From an uncultured Bacteroidaceae bacterium (GTDB lineage: Bacteria; Bacteroidota; Bacteroidia; Bacteroidales; Bacteroidaceae): DNA of 64,000 nt. Below the pieces are notes generated by a model that ran no database searches, had not been told where the DNA came from, and saw only the letters and a list, made by a program, of their open reading frames with translations. This document shows positions 41,401 to 49,177 of the stretch, piece by piece. Made by a program: the position numbers and the translations under genes. Location of the stretch: contig CALUIR010000006.1 in assembly GCA_944320785.1 (NCBI GenBank), forward strand, positions 6,192-70,191, read 5' to 3'. Each line of letters starts with the position of its first letter. Positions within the stretch are counted from its first letter, which is position 1.

Positions 41401-41678
41401 AGTTTAAGTGTGTATTTGTGGATGATTTGACTTCCGTGGATGCAGTGATGGAACCGTTGCCTTTTAAGGTCACTAGCCGGAAGCATGAAATATTTGTTGA
41501 AATCATGGATTGTGCAGAACCATTAAAATTGGAAATTTCAGATTGTTTGGGGCGTGTTCTTGTTTCTGAACATGTTACGGGCAAGAATTATACATGTCGC
41601 TTGGGCAGTGGGCTTTATGTGGTCAGTTTGTCAGGAGGGCATTTGAGGAATGAGGCTATTAAATGTTTAATCAAATAA
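38439..41678 (+). CDS. GH2 glycosidase with F5/8-type-C (discoidin) domain and T9SS sorting domain
   Basis: GH2 sugar-binding and TIM regions (WEIVDIPHCWN, NAIRLAHYPHD, WGLQNE, SEYGAGG). Discoidin-like AVDGNYSTRWAAKNAKPHWIEIDLG...YEVEIYGW. C-terminal tail LYVVSLSGGHLRNEAIKCLIK. Confidence 0.85.
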   Translation: MKKLILLFGFFVFGQLAYANVTGRLKINLNADWKFSKGILTDNPALVDYADGSWEIVDIPHCWNSADAQDGGNNYSRTVGWYRKNIPWNASYEGRNLYIEFLGACLQAECFVNGESVGIHKGGYTVFRFDITSKMTQGDNVIAVKVDNRQSEEVAPLGGDFSVLGGIYRDVSLIVANPVHVDLMDNGASGLYLTPTDVGRDNANLEIRSNIVNNSSEPKSVTFHGIIRNPDTFDAISNVPNPNFDVKAMCPGGDPIQTVSKEVVIAAGDSYLFKESIAVTNPHLWNGKKDPYRYIVDLKIYEGDNLIDSVSDYVGFRYYSVTKEGFFLNGELYPLRGVGKHQDQYNKGYAVTHEDMNEDFGIIYEMGANAIRLAHYPHDPYMYELCDRYGLAVWTEIPLVDRPGVAETFNEVTKGQLRELIRQRYNNPSVFFWGLQNEIREQHDEQMRTLMKELDDLAQQEDPSRLTVQATNHNTARNWDSDVFAWNYYPGWYVQNPLFSSKLDSFKDEARPTALSEYGAGGSIYHHEINPAKPVTNGGKFHPEEYQNKVHEQAIIDISTRDFVWGTFLWNIFDFASDGRNEGDQPGTNDKGLVTYDRKVKKDSYYAYKANWSDEPFVYITSRRYTEREELVTPVTVYSNCETVELFINGASQGQKKAEDVQCGIFKWDNMNLQFGIDNKVKVVGMKDGKEYSDEVSWKKRTGTTTELQSDELIIDTENKRIILKKDIPVQEIGEYLQGVDGATFVIVESDGETIVADGFITVGMKVIVTSEDKQNTAVYEFVPGHIALSKTVSTDSEQVDENNLAIYAVDGNYSTRWAAKNAKPHWIEIDLGKEYFLNRAVVYWYNPNGTRTYQYYVKVSNDKNNYLMVADRSENSSSDAVADNLEGRGRYVKVDVLGGNGSTAYPSLYEVEIYGWMIESDKYVIDFEKNEIQIPKTEENVQNLTTDKFLENISFDGNLSYALNSMSYFIQENDELVITDYCGQETKFKCVFVDDLTSVDAVMEPLPFKVTSRKHEIFVEIMDCAEPLKLEISDCLGRVLVSEHVTGKNYTCRLGSGLYVVSLSGGHLRNEAIKCLIK

Positions 41679-41690
41679 TGTTTTAAAACC

Positions 41691-44000
41691 ATGAAGAACT
41701 ATTTATTTTTATTGGCATTCCTTTTTGTGAGTGCAACTGTTTTTGCCGTTCCTCAAGGAGATGGCAGTGTTGATAATCCTTATTTACTAACGGATGCTTC
41801 AGAACTGAATGAAATCCGTAATCATCCCGATGCGCATTACCGTTTGATGAACGACATCGATTTGGGAGACTGGCTTGCAGAAAACTCTCCCGAAGAAGGT
41901 TGGGAACCCATCAATGGTTTCACAGGTTCTTTGGACGGCAACGGTTTTGCCGTTTCAGGTTTCTGGATCAACCGTCCTTCCACCGACAAGGTGGGTTTGT
42001 TCGGCAGCATCTCTGGCGGCACAATCAAGCGTTTGGGCTTGTTGATGGCAGACGGGAAAGGCGTTGTCGGCAATAACAACGTCGGTGCTTTTGTGGGGCA
42101 CACTCCTTATTCCACATCGGCCATCACCATTGAAGAATGTTTTGTTTCGGGCGGCACGGTGGAAGCCAAAGGTTCTGCGGCAGGCGGCATTTTGGGATAC
42201 ACTTCCACGAACAGTGTGGTTCTCAACATTGTGAATTGTTATGTGGCTGGCACGATGGTGATTGGCGCGGATGGCGCAGGTGGCATTGTCGGCACGGCTT
42301 ACCGCAGCATTAATGTGGAGAACTGTTACAGCACAGGTCTTGTGAAGTCCGCGAACAATGATAAGTCGGCAGGCGGCATTGTCGGAGGGACGAATGACCA
42401 GAGTGATGCATATACAGTGAAGAATTGCATTGCTTTGAATTCGGAAATTCAATCTTCAAAATCGGCAGGCCGCATTGTGGGTTGGATAAAGAGTGCTGAT
42501 AAGACGGTACTTTCTAATAATTATGCTTTTGCTGGAACATTGGTGGATGGTTCAATGATATCAGGCGAATTGACAGACAGCAATGGCTTGAACAAGAGCA
42601 AGGAAGAAGTGAATGAACAGGCGACCTATGAATCTTTGGGTTGGAGTTTTGGTGAAGAAGGCGTATGGACGATGGGCAACGGCGAGTATGCTTTGCCGGT
42701 ATTGAAAAATGTCTCTATAGAAAAACAACCGATTGTAATGCCGGAACATTTGGAGATTGAAAAGGAATTGGGAAGTGTTGATAACCCTTATTTAGTGACA
42801 ACTGCTTCTGAATTGAATGACATTCGCAATAATCCCGCTGCGCATTACCGTTTGATGAATGATATTGATTTGACAGATTGGCTTGCAGAAAATTCTTCGG
42901 AGGAAGGCTGGGAACCGATTAATGATTTTACAGGATCTTTGGATGGCAATGGTTTTACCATTTCGGGCTTCTGGATCAACCGTCCTTCCACAGACAAAGT
43001 GGGTCTGTTCGGTAGTATTTCAGGTGGTACCATTAAACGTTTGGGCTTGTTAATCCCAGACGGGAAAAGCATTGTGGGAAACAACTATGTGGGCGGCATT
43101 GTCGGCCATACGCCTTATACGACATCGGCTATATCTATTGAAGAATGTTTTGTTTTTGGTGGAACGATTGAAGCGAAGGCTACTGCTGTTGGTGCCATAT
43201 TGGCTTATACTTCGACAAATAGTGTGACGGTGAACATTCGTAATTGTTATGTGGCAGGCACTACGGTGATTGGCGCAGATGGTGCAGGCGGCGTGACGGG
43301 TACTGCTTATCGGAGCATAAACATAGAGAATTGTTATAGTACCGGCATTGTGAAATCAACGAATGATGATAAATCGGCTGGAGGAATTATTGGTGGTGTG
43401 AATGATCAAGGAAAAGAATATATAGTAAAGAACTGCATTGCCTTGAATTCTGATATTCAATCATCAAAATCGGCAGGACGTATCGTTGGTTGGGTGAAAA
43501 CAGCAGATAAAACCACGCTTTCCAACAATTATGCTTTTGACGGAATATTGGTGGATGGTGTAACGGTGTCAGGTGTTGATACAGATAATAATGGCTTGGG
43601 CAAGAGCAGGGAAGAAGTGAGTGACCAGGCTACTTATGAATCCTTGGGTTGGGATTTCAGTGAGGAAGGTGTTTGGACGATGGGCAACGGCGAGTATGCT
43701 TTGCCGGTGTTGAAGAATTTTTCCATGGATAAACAACCCATTGCGATGCCAGAACACTTGAAAGGACCTTCTGTGCAAATTGGGGAGAAGGAATCGCCAG
43801 CTTTGCTTGTATATCCTACCGTGACGAATGGCATGGTGTTTATTGACAACAAGGCTGCTTCTTCGATGGTGTTTGTGTATGATTTGTCCGGGAATATGGT
43901 GATGCAGTCTGATGCATCGGCTTTGAATTTGTATCCTTTGTCTGATGGCATTTATTTGATAAAGGTAGAAGGCACAGTTGTTAAAGTACAAAAAGATTAG
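41691..44000 (+). CDS. Secreted protein made of two tandem GLUG-like modules plus T9SS sorting domain
   Basis: Signal peptide. Module 1 at aa 23-352 and module 2 at aa 359-688 are in register with a 336-aa offset. C-terminal VFVYDLSGNMV...GIYLIKVEGTVVKVQKD. Confidence 0.78.
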   Translation: MKNYLFLLAFLFVSATVFAVPQGDGSVDNPYLLTDASELNEIRNHPDAHYRLMNDIDLGDWLAENSPEEGWEPINGFTGSLDGNGFAVSGFWINRPSTDKVGLFGSISGGTIKRLGLLMADGKGVVGNNNVGAFVGHTPYSTSAITIEECFVSGGTVEAKGSAAGGILGYTSTNSVVLNIVNCYVAGTMVIGADGAGGIVGTAYRSINVENCYSTGLVKSANNDKSAGGIVGGTNDQSDAYTVKNCIALNSEIQSSKSAGRIVGWIKSADKTVLSNNYAFAGTLVDGSMISGELTDSNGLNKSKEEVNEQATYESLGWSFGEEGVWTMGNGEYALPVLKNVSIEKQPIVMPEHLEIEKELGSVDNPYLVTTASELNDIRNNPAAHYRLMNDIDLTDWLAENSSEEGWEPINDFTGSLDGNGFTISGFWINRPSTDKVGLFGSISGGTIKRLGLLIPDGKSIVGNNYVGGIVGHTPYTTSAISIEECFVFGGTIEAKATAVGAILAYTSTNSVTVNIRNCYVAGTTVIGADGAGGVTGTAYRSINIENCYSTGIVKSTNDDKSAGGIIGGVNDQGKEYIVKNCIALNSDIQSSKSAGRIVGWVKTADKTTLSNNYAFDGILVDGVTVSGVDTDNNGLGKSREEVSDQATYESLGWDFSEEGVWTMGNGEYALPVLKNFSMDKQPIAMPEHLKGPSVQIGEKESPALLVYPTVTNGMVFIDNKAASSMVFVYDLSGNMVMQSDASALNLYPLSDGIYLIKVEGTVVKVQKD
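41757..42746 (+). repeat. GLUG-like module coding repeat R1 (~0.99 kb)
   Basis: Aligns to R2 at a +1008 nt offset. Aligns to R3 at +3890 nt, dropping to +3887 after a 3-nt indel. 41861-42010 is identical to 45751-45900. Confidence 0.9.
42765..43754 (+). repeat. GLUG-like module coding repeat R2 (tandem copy in the same gene, more diverged)
   Basis: Same amino-acid register as R1, with many synonymous and conservative differences. Confidence 0.85.
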
Positions 44001-44012
44001 TTTGGGTTGTTT

Positions 44013-44052
44013 GTAAATGGGCGTGTCGGAATAGGCATGCCCATTTACCTTT
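44013..44052 (+). terminator. Possible intra-PUL terminator or attenuator
   Basis: 10-bp perfect stem GTAAATGGGC (44013-44022) / GCCCATTTAC (44039-44048), followed by CTTTT. Confidence 0.4.
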
Positions 44053-44068
44053 TAAACAGGATTTTATT

Positions 44069-46876
44069 ATGAGAGCAAAAATATTGATATCATTTTTAGC
44101 ATGTATTGCAACTTTGAATCTGAATGCGAGAGGTGCTGTTGTAGAAAACGGCGTAGCACTAGATGCGGATAACAATCAGGCTGTATTGACCAAGCTGGAT
44201 GTTGCTACGCAGATGAAAAAAGTCAATGACTATTATATGGCACGGCATCAAAGCCCAGGAAACAGTTGGGTCACTTCTGCTTATTTTGTAGGTTGCATGA
44301 AGTTTTATAATCTTTACCCAGAACAGCGGGTGTTGGACTACATGAATGGTTGGGCTGAAAATCATGAATGGAGTTTAGGAACTAATGCGGACAAACATGG
44401 GGCAGACGGGCAGGTTTGCGGACAGACTTATATTGACCTTTATGTGTTGGACGGGAAACGGGATGACCATAAAATCAATGCAATAAAAACATGCATTGAT
44501 GACTTGGTGGCCAATCCTTCTGAGTCGATAGATGATTGGTGGTGGGCGGATTCCTATTTTATGGCCATGCCTATTTTTGCCAAGCTGGGTGCTTTGTATG
44601 ATGATGATGCTTATTTCAAGCAGATGCATGATATGCAGGAATATTCCATGAATCGTTGGAAATTGTATAATGAAACAGACCATTTTTGGCATCGTGACAG
44701 TACCCAAGTATTTGGAAAAGCAGAAAGCCCCAATGGAAAGCCGGTTTATTGGTCGAGGGCAAATGGATGGGCCATTGCAGCATTTGCATTGGCGATGGAT
44801 TGTTTGCCGGACGACAGTCCTTATCGTGCGAAATATGTCCGATTATTGCAAGAAATGGCAGAGTCATTGCGTAATGTGCAACGTGAAGATGGGTTTTGGA
44901 ATAGGAACTTGGGTGACGACCAACATCTTCCGGGACCGGAAACCAGTGGCACGGCATTGTTTGCCTATGGCATAGCATGGGGGATTAATCATGGGATATT
45001 GGATGAAAATATTTATCGCCCGGTTGTGGAGAAAGCGTGGAATGGCTTGGTGGATATTGCAGTTCGGGAAGATGGTTTGTTAGGTTATGTCCAAGGACCG
45101 GGTTTCAAGCCTGAATCGAATTATCCATTGGATGAAAACACTTCTTATGACTATGGGGTTGGTGCTTTTTTGTTAGCAGGGAGTGAGGTGATTGAAATAG
45201 CAGAAGGAGATATGCCTGCGTTAGGTGATTTGCCAGATCGATTCGATGAGGAAGAAATCAATATGGAGGTGACTGCCAGTGCATCGGAAAATTCATCTCG
45301 GACTCCGGATAAAACATTGGACCGTGATTTCTCAACTCGTTGGTCTGCCGAAGGAGAACAATGGATTAAATACGATTTGTTGGAATCTGAAATAGTGAGT
45401 GCTGTGGAATTGGCTTTTTGGGATGGGCATAAAAGGAAGTTTTATTTTTCGATAGAATTGTCTGAAGATGATGAGAACTGGCAGGAAGCATTTGATGGCG
45501 AATCGAGCGGGACGGTGGATAATGATTGGGAGAAGTTTCCCATAACACCTTGTAAGGCGCGCTATGTGAGAATCAATGGACATGGCAATAGCAGCAACCG
45601 TTGGAATAGCATTTTGGAGACAAGGATTCATGCTGAGAAAATTCCTCCTTTAGGCAGTGCAGAAAATCCTTATTTAGTGACGGATGCTTCAGGGCTGAAT
45701 GAAATCCGCAATAATCCCAATGCGCATTACCGTTTGATGAATGACATCGATTTGGGAGACTGGCTTGCAGAAAACTCTCCCGAAGAAGGTTGGGAACCCA
45801 TCAATGGTTTCACAGGTTCTTTGGACGGCAACGGTTTTGCCGTTTCAGGTTTCTGGATCAACCGTCCTTCCACCGACAAGGTGGGTTTGTTCGGCAGCAT
45901 ATCCGGCGGCACCATCAAGTGTTTGGGCTTGTTGATAGCAGAAGGTAAAGGGGTTGTCGGTAATAATTACGTTGGTGCTTTTGTGGGGCATACGCCTTAT
46001 TCTACATCGGCCATTACCATTGAAGAATGCTTTGTTTCGGGCGGCACGGTGGAAGCCAAAGGTTCTGCGGCAGGCGGCATTTTGGGATATACATCCACGA
46101 ACAGCGTGGCTTTCAACATTGTGAACTGTTATTCAGGCACGACGGTAATTGGTGCGGATGGGGCAGGCGGCATTGTCGGCACGGCCTATCGTAGCATTGA
46201 TGTGGAGAACTGTTACAGTACAGGTATCGTGAAATCAGCGAACAATAATAAGTCAGCGGGCGGTATTGTCGGCGGAACAAATGCTTTGAGCGATTCTTAT
46301 GTGATACAGAATTGTATTGCATTAAATTCAGAAATTCAGTCTGCGAAGTCAGCAGGCCGTATTGTGGGTTGGATGAAAAGCGAGGAAAAAGCAAAACTTT
46401 CTAATAATTATGCATTTGCCGGAATGTTGGTGGACGGTGCAACGTTGTCAGGCACGGCAACAGACAACAATGGCCTGGACAAGGCCAAAGAAGAAGTGAA
46501 TGAACAGGCAACCTATGAATCTTTGGGCTGGGCTTTTGACGACGAAGGCATTTGGGTGATGGGCAATGGCGAGTATGCTTTGCCGGTATTGAAGAATGTT
46601 TCTATGGGGAAACAGCCGATTGTGATGCCGGAACATTTAAAGATGGATGATTCTTCTATTTTAGGTCTAAAAAAGCCTTTGTTTGTTTATCCGACTGTGA
46701 CAGATGGTGAAATATTCATTTATAATAAGCCGTTGCATTCAATGGTATTTGTGTATAACTTGTCGGGATGTTTGGTCTTGCAATCCGAGGCATCGGTCTT
46801 GAACCTTTCTTTTTTGCCTAAAGGCGTTTATTTGATAAAGGCCAATGATGAGATGGCAAAAGTGCAGAAACTGTAA
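44069..46876 (+). CDS. Four-module secreted protein: GH105/GH88-type unsaturated uronyl hydrolase + discoidin domain + GLUG-like module + T9SS sorting domain
   Basis: Glyco_hydro_88 fold motifs (DDWWWADSYFMAMP, YWSRANGWAIAAFA, ETSGTALFAYGIAWG, GLLGYVQGPG). Discoidin-like DRDFSTRWSAEGEQWIKYDL. GLUG-like module at nt 45647-46633. C-terminal VFVYNLSGCLV...GVYLIKANDEMAKVQKL. Confidence 0.8.
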   Translation: MRAKILISFLACIATLNLNARGAVVENGVALDADNNQAVLTKLDVATQMKKVNDYYMARHQSPGNSWVTSAYFVGCMKFYNLYPEQRVLDYMNGWAENHEWSLGTNADKHGADGQVCGQTYIDLYVLDGKRDDHKINAIKTCIDDLVANPSESIDDWWWADSYFMAMPIFAKLGALYDDDAYFKQMHDMQEYSMNRWKLYNETDHFWHRDSTQVFGKAESPNGKPVYWSRANGWAIAAFALAMDCLPDDSPYRAKYVRLLQEMAESLRNVQREDGFWNRNLGDDQHLPGPETSGTALFAYGIAWGINHGILDENIYRPVVEKAWNGLVDIAVREDGLLGYVQGPGFKPESNYPLDENTSYDYGVGAFLLAGSEVIEIAEGDMPALGDLPDRFDEEEINMEVTASASENSSRTPDKTLDRDFSTRWSAEGEQWIKYDLLESEIVSAVELAFWDGHKRKFYFSIELSEDDENWQEAFDGESSGTVDNDWEKFPITPCKARYVRINGHGNSSNRWNSILETRIHAEKIPPLGSAENPYLVTDASGLNEIRNNPNAHYRLMNDIDLGDWLAENSPEEGWEPINGFTGSLDGNGFAVSGFWINRPSTDKVGLFGSISGGTIKCLGLLIAEGKGVVGNNYVGAFVGHTPYSTSAITIEECFVSGGTVEAKGSAAGGILGYTSTNSVAFNIVNCYSGTTVIGADGAGGIVGTAYRSIDVENCYSTGIVKSANNNKSAGGIVGGTNALSDSYVIQNCIALNSEIQSAKSAGRIVGWMKSEEKAKLSNNYAFAGMLVDGATLSGTATDNNGLDKAKEEVNEQATYESLGWAFDDEGIWVMGNGEYALPVLKNVSMGKQPIVMPEHLKMDDSSILGLKKPLFVYPTVTDGEIFIYNKPLHSMVFVYNLSGCLVLQSEASVLNLSFLPKGVYLIKANDEMAKVQKL
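45647..46633 (+). repeat. GLUG-like module coding repeat R3 (near-identical to R1)
   Basis: See R1. It contains the 150-nt perfect identity block at 45751-45900. Confidence 0.9.
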
Positions 46877-46898
46877 CCTGCTAGTTGAATAATGGGTT

Positions 46899-49115
46899 AT
46901 GGAAAACTTTTGCGGAGGAATCGTATTGGCATTGGCCATATTGTTCGGATTGGGAGTGGAAGCCCAGGAACGTGACGTGGATATTGTGGCAGGCAGACTG
47001 ATTGCTTGCCAGCATCAGTTGTATGGGGATGTGGATCCTACAGTCCTGATGAATGCAATGCTTGACAACGGCAGTTGGGAAAACATTGATTATGCGGACA
47101 GGCATTCCGTGGATGCGGATGGGTGGCGTCCTCACGCTCATTTCTGCAATCTGGCGCAGATGGCTGCTGCTTATAGTATGCCGGGCAATACTTATTATAA
47201 AGATCCTTTGTTGTTGGATAAAATACGAAAGTCCCTTGAATTTGTCCATGCTTGGATTGGTGATCCTTTGGTGTATTCAGACAAGAAGCATCCTGACAGG
47301 AGGGACTTAGATAATTGGTGGTGGACGCAATTGGGGGATGCGCAAAAAATGATGGTAGCATTGTTGCTTGTCAAAGATGATTTGCCTTCAGATGACATCA
47401 AACGTTATTCCACCTTTCTAATAGACAGGACCAGTGACCCTAGTTATTTAGGAATGAATCTGGCTTCTGCGGCGGAAATTGCCTTATATAAAGGATGCAT
47501 AGAGGATGATGCGCAGTTGATATACAAGGGCTTTTCAGCTTATGCCTCTATTTTGAGGCTGGTTGATACGAAGTTTCCAATCAAGGCAGGAGAAAAGACA
47601 GGAGAAGGCTTCCAATATGATTATAGTTTCCATCAGCACCGTAGGCAGCTTCAGAGCGGAAGTTATGGTTTTGACTTGATTCCTGCCTTGACAAATAGCA
47701 TGTTGTTTGCGCAAGGGACATCTTTTGATGTCGCGTTCACGCAAGAAAACCGTTCGGTATATTCCAAAGGCATTCGGGAAGGGCATTTGCTTTTGAGTTA
47801 TCGTGGCACAATGGATTTTGGTTGCAAGGGACGTTCCATGGCAAAGAAGGGTTTTGATGAGACGCTTATTGGCAGGATTAAGGAAGTCGATCCCCAACAT
47901 GCCGATGTTTATGGAAAATGGGAAGAACATGTGGCCTGTGGCGGGGATTTTCCGGTGGTTGGCAATAAATATTTTTGGGATTCTAACATCATGACCCATC
48001 ATGGAAGGCAATATTATTTGTCGGCAAAAATTCAATCCGTGCGGAATGTTGGGACGGAATCTATCAACCAAGAGAACCTGAGGGGGCGCAATTTGCCTAA
48101 AGGAGCTACGAATATTCTTGTCACAGGTGATGAGTATGATGGAATTTATCCAGTCTGGGACTGGTGCCGGATTCCGGGCACGACAGCCGTATTGGATGTG
48201 TCGGGTGCCTGTCTGCCGGATGGTTATTTGTATGCGTCCAATGAGTTTGGAGGCGGAGTGACGGATGGCAGGTCTGGTATCATTGCGTATGCGGATGGTT
48301 ACGATGAAGAAAAGTACGGAGACAGGTTGACGGCCAAGAAAGCTTATTTCTTTATGGACGATTTCATGCTTTGCCTTGGAACGGCTATTAAGGATGACAG
48401 TTCATGCCCGGTGGTAACTTCGGTGAACCAATGTTTGCAGAACGGCTGTATCTATTATGGAGATGGGGATGGCGAAAAGATTTTGGATACTTCTTTGAAT
48501 GCCAATGGTGTTAGCTGGGTGCATCATGGGGGTGTTGGCTACATTTTTCCTTCATCCTCGGAAATAACCATTCAGGGGAGGAAACAGGCCGGTTCATGGA
48601 AGGACATAAACGGGACGCAAAGCGATGGGCTTGTCGAAAAGGACGTGTTCAGCTTGTGGATTAACCATGGGAAGAACCCCGATAATGCTTGTTGCCAATA
48701 TGCGGTGTTGCCAGATAGGACGCGGGAGGAAACGGCGGCTTTGGCACAAGACTTTCCTTTGGCTGTTGTTCGCAACGACAGCATGGCACAGGTCGTTTAC
48801 AGCGAAACGCTGGGGCAATACGGCATTGTGTGTTACGAGGCTGGAACGGTGGAATTGCCGGATGGCCTTATGATAGAAGTGGACAGGCCCGTCATATTCT
48901 TGTTGAAAATGTCAGGAGGGAAGTATGATTTTGTGGCAGCTGACCCCTTGTATGATGGTGAGGATGCTGTGTTGGATGTGTCTGTGTCAGAAAGGGCTAA
49001 GGATGGGAATGTGAAGGAAATGCTTGATTTCCAAGTGGATTTTCCACAAGGGCAATATACAGGGAGTTCTGTGGTAGTGGCGCATGGCGGATGTGGTTCC
49101 CGAAAAAATCCTTAA
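46899..49115 (+). CDS. PL8-family polysaccharide lyase (chondroitin AC / hyaluronate / xanthan lyase fold)
   Basis: Signal peptide. N-terminal alpha-toroid followed by a beta-sandwich. FHQHRRQLQSGSYG, WDWCRIPGTT and NEFGGGVTDG resemble PL8 catalytic-region motifs. Confidence 0.72.
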   Translation: MENFCGGIVLALAILFGLGVEAQERDVDIVAGRLIACQHQLYGDVDPTVLMNAMLDNGSWENIDYADRHSVDADGWRPHAHFCNLAQMAAAYSMPGNTYYKDPLLLDKIRKSLEFVHAWIGDPLVYSDKKHPDRRDLDNWWWTQLGDAQKMMVALLLVKDDLPSDDIKRYSTFLIDRTSDPSYLGMNLASAAEIALYKGCIEDDAQLIYKGFSAYASILRLVDTKFPIKAGEKTGEGFQYDYSFHQHRRQLQSGSYGFDLIPALTNSMLFAQGTSFDVAFTQENRSVYSKGIREGHLLLSYRGTMDFGCKGRSMAKKGFDETLIGRIKEVDPQHADVYGKWEEHVACGGDFPVVGNKYFWDSNIMTHHGRQYYLSAKIQSVRNVGTESINQENLRGRNLPKGATNILVTGDEYDGIYPVWDWCRIPGTTAVLDVSGACLPDGYLYASNEFGGGVTDGRSGIIAYADGYDEEKYGDRLTAKKAYFFMDDFMLCLGTAIKDDSSCPVVTSVNQCLQNGCIYYGDGDGEKILDTSLNANGVSWVHHGGVGYIFPSSSEITIQGRKQAGSWKDINGTQSDGLVEKDVFSLWINHGKNPDNACCQYAVLPDRTREETAALAQDFPLAVVRNDSMAQVVYSETLGQYGIVCYEAGTVELPDGLMIEVDRPVIFLLKMSGGKYDFVAADPLYDGEDAVLDVSVSERAKDGNVKEMLDFQVDFPQGQYTGSSVVVAHGGCGSRKNP

Positions 49116-49152
49116 TTCTTTTGTAACATCTATGTCGTTTCCAAGAATAAGC

Positions 49153-49160
49153 TAAATTTG
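49153..49160 (+). promoter_or_regulatory. Candidate -7 box (TAAATTTG) of the AraC gene
   Basis: TAnnTTTG match 18 nt upstream of the ATG at 49178. Confidence 0.3.
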
Positions 49161-49177
49161 TTCTCCGAAACGATTTA

